Shown: positions 30,371 through 39,115 of the stretch, piece after piece
How the letters are laid out: each line of letters starts with the position of its first letter
Position numbering within the stretch: the first letter of the stretch is position 1
Source of the DNA: an uncultured Alphaproteobacteria bacterium
Lineage (GTDB): Bacteria > Pseudomonadota > Alphaproteobacteria > SP197
DNA length: 64,000 nucleotides
Direction: 5' to 3'
Assembly: GCA_938048755.1 (NCBI GenBank)
Contig: CALIUG010000081.1
Span: 271-64,270, forward strand
Position numbers and translations under genes: made by a program
Notes under the pieces: model-generated
Database searches by the model: none
What the model was told of the DNA's origin: nothing
The model's input: only the letters and a program-made list of their open reading frames with translations

Positions 30371-31219
30371 ATGGGCAATCTTATCTGGCTCGCCTCCTAC
30401 CCGAAATCGGGCAACACCTGGATGCGCGCCTTTCTGACCAACCTGATGACGAATGCGGAACGGCCGGCCGGGATCAACGAACTGGGTGCGGTTGCCATAG
30501 GCGATTCCGAGCCTGGGCGCTACGAACGTCTCTCGGGCAAGGTGGCTTCAGAGCTTGATGCTGCCGCCGTTGCGGCGCTGCGCCCGAAGGTGCAGGCCCA
30601 GATTGCCGCCGAGTTGCCCTCTACCCGGTTCGTGAAGATCCACAGTGCCATGATGCAGACGGCCGGGCATCCCAGTGTCAACATGCAGGTCACCGCAGGT
30701 GCTATCTACATCGTGCGCAATCCGTTGGATGTCGCGCTCTCCTTTGCGCACCATCTGGGATCAACCGTCGATGACGTGATCGACCTGATGGCGCGCGACA
30801 ACACGGTCACCGACAGTACGCCGGTGGCCGTCTCGGAACTGATCGGAAGCTGGAGCCAGCATGTTGCAAGCTGGACTGCCAGGCCCAATCCCGGCCTTCA
30901 TGTCGTGCGTTACGAGGACATGCTGAGCGGACCGCAATCTGCCTTTGGCAAGGTCGTCAAGTTCCTGCAGCTCCAGGCCCCACGCCCGCGCATCGACAAG
31001 GCGATCCGCCATGCCTCGTTCAAGGTCCTGCGCAACCAGGAAGAACGCGATGGTTTCCGGGAACGCAGTGAACATGCTGACCACTTTTTCCGATCCGGCA
31101 AGGCCGGCGGCTGGCGTGACACTCTTTCGCCAAAGCAGGTTTCCGCCATTGTTGACCGTCACGGCGAACAAATGGCGCGGTTCGGATATCTCCCCGAGTC
31201 CCGTCAGGGAGATACCTGA
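30371..31219 (+). CDS. PAPS-dependent sulfotransferase (Sulfotransfer_1/cytosolic SULT-like), array copy 1
   Basis: ASYPKSGNTW (5'-PSB), KIH, IYIVRNPLDV (3'-PB), GSWSQHV, RYEDM, FFRSGKAGGW. Confidence 0.92.
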   Translation: MGNLIWLASYPKSGNTWMRAFLTNLMTNAERPAGINELGAVAIGDSEPGRYERLSGKVASELDAAAVAALRPKVQAQIAAELPSTRFVKIHSAMMQTAGHPSVNMQVTAGAIYIVRNPLDVALSFAHHLGSTVDDVIDLMARDNTVTDSTPVAVSELIGSWSQHVASWTARPNPGLHVVRYEDMLSGPQSAFGKVVKFLQLQAPRPRIDKAIRHASFKVLRNQEERDGFRERSEHADHFFRSGKAGGWRDTLSPKQVSAIVDRHGEQMARFGYLPESRQGDT

Positions 31220-31221
31220 CC

Positions 31222-32058
31222 ATGAGTCGCATCATCTGGCTGGCAAGCTTCCCCAAGTCGGGCAACACCTGGACGCGAATCTTCCTGCTCAACCTGTTCA
31301 TGAATCCGTCCAGGCCGCTATCGATCAACGAAGTCCCGGAAATGTCGCCTTCCGACGTCGCGTCGGCCTGGTACGAGATGTTCGACAAGCGGCCCCGAAG
31401 CCAATGGAGCTTGGGGGATGTGGCAAAGCTGCGCCACCAGGTGCAGGAAGAGATCGCCAGCAAGACGCCCGATTCCATCTTTGTGAAAACCCACAGTCCG
31501 CTCCTGCCCTGGCAGGGTGTGCCGGCCTTCAACATGAAGGTGACTGCCGGGGCGGTCTGCATCGTGCGCAACCCGCTTGATGTTGTCGCCTCTTATGCCA
31601 GCCACTCGGGCCTCGATTATGACGGCATCATCAAGGTGATGGCGCGCGAGGATTACACGGCTCCGGGTGGTGATGATCGCGTTCCCCACCCGATCGGAAG
31701 CTGGTCGCAGAACGTTGCAAGCTGGACCGCCCGGCCTCATCCGGCCATGCATGTCATGCGCTACGAGGACATGGTCGAGAATCCGGAGGAAACCTTTGGA
31801 AAGCTTGTTGCCTTCCTGCGGCTTCCTCCCGACCCCGACCGCCTGAAGAAGGCCATTGCATTCTCGTCCTTTGACGAGGTGCAGAAGCAGGAATCCGCCG
31901 GGGGCTTCGAGGAGGCGAGCAAGAAGGCGGATCGCTTCTTCCGTGGCGGCAAGACTGGCGGATGGCGCAAGGAACTCACGCCTGAACAGGTCCGCGCCGT
32001 CGTGTCAGTCCACCGTGAGCAGATGGCACGCTTTGGTTATGTTCCGGAAGGTTACTGA
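31222..32058 (+). CDS. PAPS-dependent sulfotransferase, array copy 2
   Basis: ASFPKSGNTW, KTH, VRNPLDV, GSWSQNV, RYEDM, FFRGGKTGGW. Confidence 0.92.
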   Translation: MSRIIWLASFPKSGNTWTRIFLLNLFMNPSRPLSINEVPEMSPSDVASAWYEMFDKRPRSQWSLGDVAKLRHQVQEEIASKTPDSIFVKTHSPLLPWQGVPAFNMKVTAGAVCIVRNPLDVVASYASHSGLDYDGIIKVMAREDYTAPGGDDRVPHPIGSWSQNVASWTARPHPAMHVMRYEDMVENPEETFGKLVAFLRLPPDPDRLKKAIAFSSFDEVQKQESAGGFEEASKKADRFFRGGKTGGWRKELTPEQVRAVVSVHREQMARFGYVPEGY

Positions 32059-32900
32059 TGGGCAAGATCGTCTGGCTGGCCAGCTATCCCAAATCCGGCA
32101 ACACGTGGATGCGCGCGTTTCTGCACAACCTGTTCCGGAACCCGGATCGTCCGTTGCCGCTGGAACAGTTGGGCGGCGGCAATCTGACGACTGCCGAAAC
32201 GGCCATGAACTGGTACCAGGCGCTGGATCCGCGTCCTCCCGCGGAATGGTCGCAGGAAGAAATCGATGCCATGCGCCTGGAGGTCCATGAAGCCATCGCA
32301 GCGTCCGTACCCGGCAACATCTTCTGCAAGATTCATGGCGCGATCTTCGAGCTGCGTGGCCGCATGACCGTCAACCTGGCGGTCAGTGCGGGCGCCATCT
32401 ACATCGTGCGCAATCCGCTCGACGTCGTGCTGTCCTATGCCGACTTTCAGGGCATCAGTGTCGATGTCGCCATCACGGCGCTGGGTGCGCGAAACTTCGA
32501 ACTTCCCCGCGACGCCGGCAATGTGTCCGAGCCCCTGGGTAGCTGGTCCCAGAATGTCGAGAGCTGGACCGGTAAACCCAATCCTGCCCTGCATGTCGTG
32601 CGCTATGAGGACCTCATCGCCAAACCGGTGGCGACCTTTAGCGGCGTTGCCAAATTCCTGGGCATCGACGCCCCGCGTCCACGCCTGGAAAAGGCCGTGC
32701 GCCATTCCTCCTTCAAGGTCCTGCGCAACCAGGAGGACAAGACGGGCTTTTCCGAGCGGTCTCCGGCACAGGAGCGGTTCTTCCGGAGCGGCAAGTCCGG
32801 TGGCTGGCGCAAGGGTCTCACCGACGAACAGGTCGCGCGCATCGTGGAGGACCATCGTGAGCAGATGGATCGTTTCGGCTACATTCCGGAAGGCTGCTGA
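32058..32900 (+). CDS. PAPS-dependent sulfotransferase, array copy 3
   Basis: ASYPKSGNTW, KIH, VRNPLDV, RYEDL, FFRSGKSGGW. Confidence 0.92.
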   Translation: MGKIVWLASYPKSGNTWMRAFLHNLFRNPDRPLPLEQLGGGNLTTAETAMNWYQALDPRPPAEWSQEEIDAMRLEVHEAIAASVPGNIFCKIHGAIFELRGRMTVNLAVSAGAIYIVRNPLDVVLSYADFQGISVDVAITALGARNFELPRDAGNVSEPLGSWSQNVESWTGKPNPALHVVRYEDLIAKPVATFSGVAKFLGIDAPRPRLEKAVRHSSFKVLRNQEDKTGFSERSPAQERFFRSGKSGGWRKGLTDEQVARIVEDHREQMDRFGYIPEGC

Positions 32901-33742
32901 TGGGCAAGATCGTGTGGCTGGCCAGTTACCCCAAATCCGGAAACACCTGGATGCGCGCCTTTCTGCATCACTTCTTCCGCAATCCTGACGCGCCGATTCC
33001 GCTCAACCAGTTGGGCGGCGGCAACCTCACGACGTCGGAGACCGGCCTGCACTGGTATCAAGCGCTTGATCCGCGACCGCTGGCAGAATGGAGCGCAGAA
33101 GAGATCGCGGCCATGCGTCCGAAGGTTCAGCAGGCCATCGCAGCTTCGGTATCGGGCAACATCTTCTGCAAGATTCATAGCGCCTTGTTCGAACTGCGTG
33201 GCAGCATGACCGTTGATCTGGCCGTCAGCGCGGGCGCCATCTACATCGTGCGCAATCCGCTCGACGTGGTGGTATCCTTTGCCGACTATCAGGGGGTCAC
33301 GATCGACATCGCGATCAAGGCCATGGGCATGGCGAACTTCGAACTGCCGCGCGACGGCGACGCCATCACGTCGCCGCTTGGAAGCTGGACCCAGAATGTC
33401 CGGAGCTGGACCGCCAAACCCAGCCCGGCCCTGCATGTCGTGCGTTATGAGGACATGCTGGATGATCCCCAGGCAACCTTCGGCGGCGTGGTCCGGTTTC
33501 TGGGTGTGGACAGCCCGCCCGAGCGGATCGAGAAGGCGGTGCGCCATTCCTCGTTCAAGGAGCTGAGGGCCCAGGAAGATGCCACCGGATTTGTCGAGCG
33601 CTCACCTTCCCAGGAGCGATTCTTCCGCAGTGGAACCTCCGGCCAGTGGCGCGATGCCCTGAACGACGAGCAGATCGCGGCCATTGTCGGCGACCATCGT
33701 GAGCAGATGGCACGCTTCGACTATATCCCCGACGGATTCTGA
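32900..33742 (+). CDS. PAPS-dependent sulfotransferase, array copy 4
   Basis: ASYPKSGNTW, KIH, VRNPLDV, RYEDM, FFRSGTSGQW; closest to copy 3. Confidence 0.92.
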   Translation: MGKIVWLASYPKSGNTWMRAFLHHFFRNPDAPIPLNQLGGGNLTTSETGLHWYQALDPRPLAEWSAEEIAAMRPKVQQAIAASVSGNIFCKIHSALFELRGSMTVDLAVSAGAIYIVRNPLDVVVSFADYQGVTIDIAIKAMGMANFELPRDGDAITSPLGSWTQNVRSWTAKPSPALHVVRYEDMLDDPQATFGGVVRFLGVDSPPERIEKAVRHSSFKELRAQEDATGFVERSPSQERFFRSGTSGQWRDALNDEQIAAIVGDHREQMARFDYIPDGF

Positions 33743-33745
33743 ACG

Positions 33746-34609
33746 ATGGGCAACATCCTGTGGCTTGCGAGTTATCCGAAGTCCGGCAACACCTGGATGC
33801 GGGCGTTTCTGCACAACGTCCTGCGTGACCCCGATCAACCCGCAGACATCAACCAGATGACCGGTACGCTGACACAAGGTGAGTCCTCCATGGGCTGGTA
33901 CCGTGTCGCCAATCCGCGTCCGCCCGAACAGTGGTCACCTGCCGAAATCGCGCGCATGCGGCCCCATGTCCACGAGATGATCGCCAAGGGTCAGAAGGGC
34001 ACGGTGTTCTGCAAGACCCACAACGCGCTGATCAAGGTAGAGGGGCAACCCACGATCAACACGCGTGTCACCGCCGGTGCCATTTACATCGTGCGCAACC
34101 CGCTGGATGTCCTGCTTTCCTTTGCCGATTTTCAGGCGGTCTCGATCGATGAGGCCATCACGATCATGGCGCAACGAAATTTTGCGACACCCCTGACCGA
34201 CCGGAACGTGCCCGAAACGCTGGGGAGCTGGTCTCAGCATGTGTCGAGTTGGACGGCACAGGAAAGCAAGAGCCTGCATGTGGTGCGTTACGAGGATCTG
34301 CTCGAAGACCCGGTCAAGACCTTCGGTGACACGCTTGCCTTCATGAAACTTGATGTCTCACGCGCCCGCCTCGACAAGGCGATCCGCAATGCATCCTTCA
34401 AGGAATTGCGCAAGCAGGAAGAGCAGAAGGGTTTCAACGAGCGTCCCGATCACCAGGAACGCTTTTTCCGCAAGGGCGTCGCCGGTCAGTGGAAACAGGA
34501 GCTGAACCGAGAACAGATTGCCCGCATTTGCGAGGATCATGGTGACCAGATGGCGCGTTTCGGCTATCTCCCCGATAGCTACAAACCACAGACGAAATTG
34601 GAGGCTTGA
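33746..34609 (+). CDS. PAPS-dependent sulfotransferase, array copy 5
   Basis: ASYPKSGNTW, KTH, VRNPLDV, RYEDL, FFRKGVAGQWK. Confidence 0.92.
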   Translation: MGNILWLASYPKSGNTWMRAFLHNVLRDPDQPADINQMTGTLTQGESSMGWYRVANPRPPEQWSPAEIARMRPHVHEMIAKGQKGTVFCKTHNALIKVEGQPTINTRVTAGAIYIVRNPLDVLLSFADFQAVSIDEAITIMAQRNFATPLTDRNVPETLGSWSQHVSSWTAQESKSLHVVRYEDLLEDPVKTFGDTLAFMKLDVSRARLDKAIRNASFKELRKQEEQKGFNERPDHQERFFRKGVAGQWKQELNREQIARICEDHGDQMARFGYLPDSYKPQTKLEA

Positions 34610-34612
34610 CCG

Positions 34613-35449
34613 TTGGGCCAGATTATCTGGATTGCGAGTTATCCCAAGTCGGGCAACACCTGGACCCGTGCGTTTCTGCACAACCTGTTCCGTGATCCCA
34701 AGACGTCGTTCAACATCAACGACATGACCCTGTTGACGGCAAACGAAGCGGCCAACGCGCACTATCGCGACCTCGACCCCCGCTCCTGGGAGGAGTGGAG
34801 CAACGAGGATGTTGCGGCCATGCGTCCGCGGGCACAGGCGATTCTGGCGGCGTCACGGCCCCATACGATTTTTGCCAAGACCCATCTGGCAGTCCTGCAC
34901 CTGCGCGGCCATCCCACGATCAACATGAACGTGACGGCTGCCGCAGTCTATCTCATCCGCAATCCGCTGGATGTGACGGTTTCCTTTGCCGATCATCAGG
35001 GGCTCACCATCGATCAGCAGATCGAAGTTCTCAACCTGAAGAACTATGAGACGCCCAACGGTCCAACGCTGGTCAACGAACCCATGGGAACCTGGTCCCA
35101 GCATGTCGAAAGCTGGACTGCCCGGCCCAATCCCGGTCTCCACGTCATGCGCTACGAGGACATGCTGGTCAATCCGGTCAAGAGTTTCGGTAGCCTGGTG
35201 AAGTTTCTCCGGCTCGATACTCCGCGTTCGCGCATCGAACGCGCAGTCAAGAATTCCTCCTTCAAGGTTCTGCGCAAGCAGGAAGAACTGCACGGCTTCA
35301 GCGAACGCACGGTTGCGCAGAAGAACTTCTTCCGTTCCGGCAAGTCCGGCCAATGGAAGGACGTGTTGACCGACGAGCAGGTCGCCAAGGTCTGCGAGGC
35401 GCACCACGATCAGATGGCCAGGTTCGGGTACCTGCCGGAAGGGTACTGA
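34613..35449 (+). CDS. PAPS-dependent sulfotransferase, array copy 6 (TTG start)
   Basis: ASYPKSGNTW, KTH, IRNPLDV, RYEDM, FFRSGKSGQWK. Confidence 0.92.
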   Translation: MGQIIWIASYPKSGNTWTRAFLHNLFRDPKTSFNINDMTLLTANEAANAHYRDLDPRSWEEWSNEDVAAMRPRAQAILAASRPHTIFAKTHLAVLHLRGHPTINMNVTAAAVYLIRNPLDVTVSFADHQGLTIDQQIEVLNLKNYETPNGPTLVNEPMGTWSQHVESWTARPNPGLHVMRYEDMLVNPVKSFGSLVKFLRLDTPRSRIERAVKNSSFKVLRKQEELHGFSERTVAQKNFFRSGKSGQWKDVLTDEQVAKVCEAHHDQMARFGYLPEGY

Positions 35450-35455
35450 GGACTT

Positions 35456-36292
35456 ATGGGCAAGATCATCTGGATCGCGAGCTATCCCAAATCCGGCAAC
35501 ACCTGGATGCGCATCTTCCTGTTCAACCTGCTGGCAGATGCACCCGACCCGCTTCCTCTTTCGGAAGTCAGCCGGATGTCGACCTCCGATACCGTGCTGC
35601 GCTGGTATACCGAAGTCGACGACCGCGACCCAGCGAGCTGGACCACCGAGGAGGTCGCTGATCTGCGCCTGAAGATGCAGCAGCACATGACGACGCTGTC
35701 GCCCGAGCCGACCTTCATGAAGACCCATGCCGCCCTGGTGCCCATGGCCGGACGCCAGCCCTTTGACATGGAAGCCACCACTGGTGCGATCTATATCGTG
35801 CGCAATCCCCTGGATGTCGCAGCGTCCTATGCACGCCATGCCGGCGTGCCGGTCGATGAGATCATCAAGGTCATGAGTACGCCCAACCACATGCTGCCAC
35901 GCAACGAGTCGCTGGCCGAGTTTGTTCAGGGTGGCTGGTCGCAACATGTGATGAGCTGGACCCGCATGCCCAATCCGGCCGTCCACGTCATGCGCTATGA
36001 AGACCTTGCAGCGGATGCCTCCGAAGCGTTCGGCAAGGTGTGCAGTTTCCTGAAGCTCGACCTGGAGCCAGAGCGTGTCGCGCGCGCCGTCGATCACGCC
36101 TCGATCGCGTCCTTGCGCAAGCTGGAGGACGAACAGGGTTTCAACGAGAAGAGCGACCATCAGGACCGGTTCTTTGGTGAAGGTGGCGTCGGCGCCTGGC
36201 AGCGTGAACTCAGCGAAGACCAGGCGCGCCAGATTGTTGATCGCCATCGCGATCAGATGACACGCTTTGGGTACGTGCCCGAGGGCTGGTGA
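35456..36292 (+). CDS. PAPS-dependent sulfotransferase, array copy 7
   Basis: ASYPKSGNTW, KTH, VRNPLDV, RYEDL; variant FFGEGGVGAW. Confidence 0.9.
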   Translation: MGKIIWIASYPKSGNTWMRIFLFNLLADAPDPLPLSEVSRMSTSDTVLRWYTEVDDRDPASWTTEEVADLRLKMQQHMTTLSPEPTFMKTHAALVPMAGRQPFDMEATTGAIYIVRNPLDVAASYARHAGVPVDEIIKVMSTPNHMLPRNESLAEFVQGGWSQHVMSWTRMPNPAVHVMRYEDLAADASEAFGKVCSFLKLDLEPERVARAVDHASIASLRKLEDEQGFNEKSDHQDRFFGEGGVGAWQRELSEDQARQIVDRHRDQMTRFGYVPEGW

Positions 36293-36296
36293 ACCC

Positions 36297-37136
36297 ATGG
36301 GCAAGATCCTGTGGCTCGCGAGTTATCCCAAGTCCGGCAATACCTGGGTGCGCCTGTTTCTTGCCAATCTGTTCAAGGGGGATGGCAGTGCTCCGGTCGC
36401 GCTGGACCGGATCGGCGAGGCGACGCTGGCGGAACCGGGAACGGCCGGTTTTGCGCTGCTCGACCAGCGTCCCTGGCAGGAATGGAGCATCGAGGACATC
36501 GCCCGCATGCGCCCGCAGGTACAAGAGCGGATCGCGGCCACCGGCGAAGGGGTTGTTCCCGTCAAGACGCACAGCGCCTTTGTCATGGTCCGCGGCACAC
36601 CGTCGATCAACATGGGCGTGACCGCTGGCGCGGTTTATGTCGTGCGCAATCCGCTTGATATCGCGGTCTCCTATGCCCACCACCAGGGTCTCACCATCGA
36701 CGAGATCATCGCGATCATGGCCAGGGACATGTTTACGACGCCGACCAATGCGACCAACGTGTATGAGGTCATGGGCTCCTGGTCGCAGCATGTTGCGAGC
36801 TGGACCGCCAGCGCCAGCCCCATGATGCATGTCATGCGTTATGAAGACATGCTTGGCGATCCCCATGCGGCCTTTGGCGATCTTGCCCGTTTCATGCGTG
36901 TTGAAGCCGATGATGCGACCGTTGCCAACGCGGTCGCGATGAGCGCGTTCGACAAGGTTGCAGACCAGGAAGCAAAGGAAGGCTTTCAAGAACGCACACC
37001 TGCGCAGGACCGCTTCTTCCGGGCAGGGAAGGCCGATCAGTGGCGCGATGTGCTGACGGACCAACAGGTCTCTGATGTCGTGGGGGCGCATCGTGAACAG
37101 ATGGCCCGGTTCGGCTACATCCCGGACGGATTTTAG
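36297..37136 (+). CDS. PAPS-dependent sulfotransferase, array copy 8
   Basis: ASYPKSGNTW, KTH, VRNPLDI, RYEDM, FFRAGKADQW; ATG at 36297. Confidence 0.92.
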   Translation: MGKILWLASYPKSGNTWVRLFLANLFKGDGSAPVALDRIGEATLAEPGTAGFALLDQRPWQEWSIEDIARMRPQVQERIAATGEGVVPVKTHSAFVMVRGTPSINMGVTAGAVYVVRNPLDIAVSYAHHQGLTIDEIIAIMARDMFTTPTNATNVYEVMGSWSQHVASWTASASPMMHVMRYEDMLGDPHAAFGDLARFMRVEADDATVANAVAMSAFDKVADQEAKEGFQERTPAQDRFFRAGKADQWRDVLTDQQVSDVVGAHREQMARFGYIPDGF

Positions 37137-37148
37137 GATCCGACGGAG

Positions 37149-37988
37149 ATGGGCAGGATCCTCTGGCTCGCCAGCTATCCCAAATCTGGCAACACCTGGA
37201 TGCGGGCCTTCCTGCACAACCTGATTGTCGACAAGGGTGGCCCGCTGGACCTCAACGCCATGTCGAAGGGCGCGCTGATGGACGCTGCCTATCAGCACTA
37301 TGTGCCGCTCACCGATCAGGATCCGCGCCAGTTGAGCCGGGAGGACATCGCCCGCCTGCGTCCGCGCATGCAGGCGGCGCTGGCGGCAGGCAGGCCAGGC
37401 ACGCTGTTTGTGAAGACCCATACCGCGCTTACCATGCTGGCGGGCCATCCCAGCCACGACCCCGAGCTCACCCTTGGCTCGATCTACATGGTGCGCGACC
37501 CCCGTGATGTTGCCGTCAGCTATGCCGACCATCTGGGCCTTTCCATCGACGGGGCCATCGACGCCATGGCGCGCGAGAATGCCCAGACTGACGCCAGCGA
37601 CAAGGGCGTCACCGAGTTCATCGGAAGCTGGTCCCAGAATGTGACCGGCTGGACCCGTCAGACATCCGGCACGGTTCTGGTACTGCGCTACGAAGACATG
37701 CTCGACCAGCCCGCAGAGGCTTTCGGCAGGGTCGTTGCCTTCCTGGGCCTGGAGCGCTCGCCACAGCAGGTCGAAAAGGCGATCGAGAACACCAGCTTCG
37801 AGCAGCTCGCCCGTCAGGAGGCGCAGGCGGGCTTCCAGGAGCGTTCGATCAAGCAGGAGAAGTTCTTCCGGCGTGGCCGTTCCGGGTCCTGGCGGTCTAT
37901 GCTCTCGTCCGAACAGGCCGCAAGGCTGGCCGCTGATCACGGCGAGGTAATGCGGCGCTTCGGCTATCTCGAGGATGAGGCACCATGA
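37149..37988 (+). CDS. PAPS-dependent sulfotransferase, array copy 9
   Basis: ASYPKSGNTW, KTH, VRDPRDV, RYEDM, FFRRGRSGSW. Confidence 0.92.
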   Translation: MGRILWLASYPKSGNTWMRAFLHNLIVDKGGPLDLNAMSKGALMDAAYQHYVPLTDQDPRQLSREDIARLRPRMQAALAAGRPGTLFVKTHTALTMLAGHPSHDPELTLGSIYMVRDPRDVAVSYADHLGLSIDGAIDAMARENAQTDASDKGVTEFIGSWSQNVTGWTRQTSGTVLVLRYEDMLDQPAEAFGRVVAFLGLERSPQQVEKAIENTSFEQLARQEAQAGFQERSIKQEKFFRRGRSGSWRSMLSSEQAARLAADHGEVMRRFGYLEDEAP

Positions 37989-38665
37989 ACGACCACAGCG
38001 ATGTCAGAGAAAACCTGGATGCGGTGAAGGCCGAGATTTCCGCTGCAGAACAGGAGGCAGGCCGCGACAAGGGCTCCGTCACGCTGGTTGCGGTCTCAAA
38101 GACCCATGACGGCGCACGCATCCGCCCGGCTCTGGAAGCGGGCCACCGTGTCTATGGTGAAAACCGCGTGCAGGAAGCCCAGGGCAAGTGGCCTGAACTG
38201 AAGGCGGTGTTCGAGGGTGTCGAGCTCCATCTGATCGGACCCCTGCAGACCAACAAGTCTGACGACGCGGTTGCCCTGTTCGATGTCATCGAAAGTGTCG
38301 ACCGGCCCAAGCTGGTCCATGCCCTGGCCCGTTCGATGGAAAAACTGGGTCGCCGACCGGCCTGTTTCATCCAGGTCAACACGGGTGAAGAGGATCAGAA
38401 GGCGGGTTGTCTGCCCGATGATACCGATGCCCTGGTGGCGCAGGCCCGTGACGCAGGGCTCGATGTGGTCGGTCTCATGTGCATTCCCCCGTTTGACGAG
38501 GAGCCTTCGCTCCACTTTGCCCTGCTGGCAGATCTCGCAAAACGTAACGGCCTCACGCAACTTTCCATGGGCATGTCGGGGGATTACGAAACGGCGGTGG
38601 CATTTGGCGCCACCCATGTGCGGGTCGGCACGGCAATCTTCGGAGCCCGGCCGAAACTGACATGA
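37985..38665 (+). CDS. yggS: PLP homeostasis protein YggS
   Basis: LVAVSKT, YGENRVQEA, LHLIGPLQTNK, QVNTGEE.QKAG, GLMCIPP, LSMGMSGD, VRVGTAIFG. Confidence 0.97.
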   Translation: MNDHSDVRENLDAVKAEISAAEQEAGRDKGSVTLVAVSKTHDGARIRPALEAGHRVYGENRVQEAQGKWPELKAVFEGVELHLIGPLQTNKSDDAVALFDVIESVDRPKLVHALARSMEKLGRRPACFIQVNTGEEDQKAGCLPDDTDALVAQARDAGLDVVGLMCIPPFDEEPSLHFALLADLAKRNGLTQLSMGMSGDYETAVAFGATHVRVGTAIFGARPKLT

Positions 38666-38668
38666 GTC

Positions 38669-39115
38669 TCATGCGGCCACGGTAAGATTGCCCAGGACGC
38701 CATCGTAGATCAGGATTTTTCCTGAAAGGAACATGCGTCCGAACAGTACCGGAAGATTGGGCGGTAACTCCGTTCCAACAAACTGTTCTATCCGCATCTC
38801 GTCGAGTTCCGGCACCCTGTAGCACAACAGATACACCGGCACCGGTTTGGCAGCGACGCCGTGTACGCTGTAGCTCTCGATGAAATCTACGGGACGGGCG
38901 CCCAGTTGATGGGCATAGGCGTTCGTTACCACGTTGAAATCCGCGCCCGTATCGATCAGAGCATGAACACGATGTGCGGGTCCGAATACGGTCTGGTCCG
39001 GCTCATGCGAGTCTGGACGGGCAAGGTCGATCGAAATCCAGGGTCCGACTTGAGCAAGGGCTTCAGCGGATGTGAAGCCAAGATCGTCAGGAAGTCTCTT
39101 CGAAAGGACCGGCAC
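38669..39115 (-). CDS. Retropepsin-like (clan AA) aspartyl protease
   Basis: ALIDTGAD catalytic motif and C-terminal VLFGRMFL (hhGRxFL) motif; GTG at 39115 gives MPVLS... Confidence 0.75.
   Translation of the reverse strand: MPVLSKRLPDDLGFTSAEALAQVGPWISIDLARPDSHEPDQTVFGPAHRVHALIDTGADFNVVTNAYAHQLGARPVDFIESYSVHGVAAKPVPVYLLCYRVPELDEMRIEQFVGTELPPNLPVLFGRMFLSGKILIYDGVLGNLTVAA

Noticed and set aside
34853-37940. 483 aa and 576 aa minus-strand ORFs across the sulfotransferase array
   Set aside because: Antisense shadows; their internal repeats merely mirror the sulfotransferase motifs
30371-37988. Periodic ~840 bp repetition suggesting CRISPR, integron cassettes or misassembly
   Set aside because: The repeats are conserved coding motifs of diverged paralogs; there are no spacers, attC sites or integrase, and the gaps are too short
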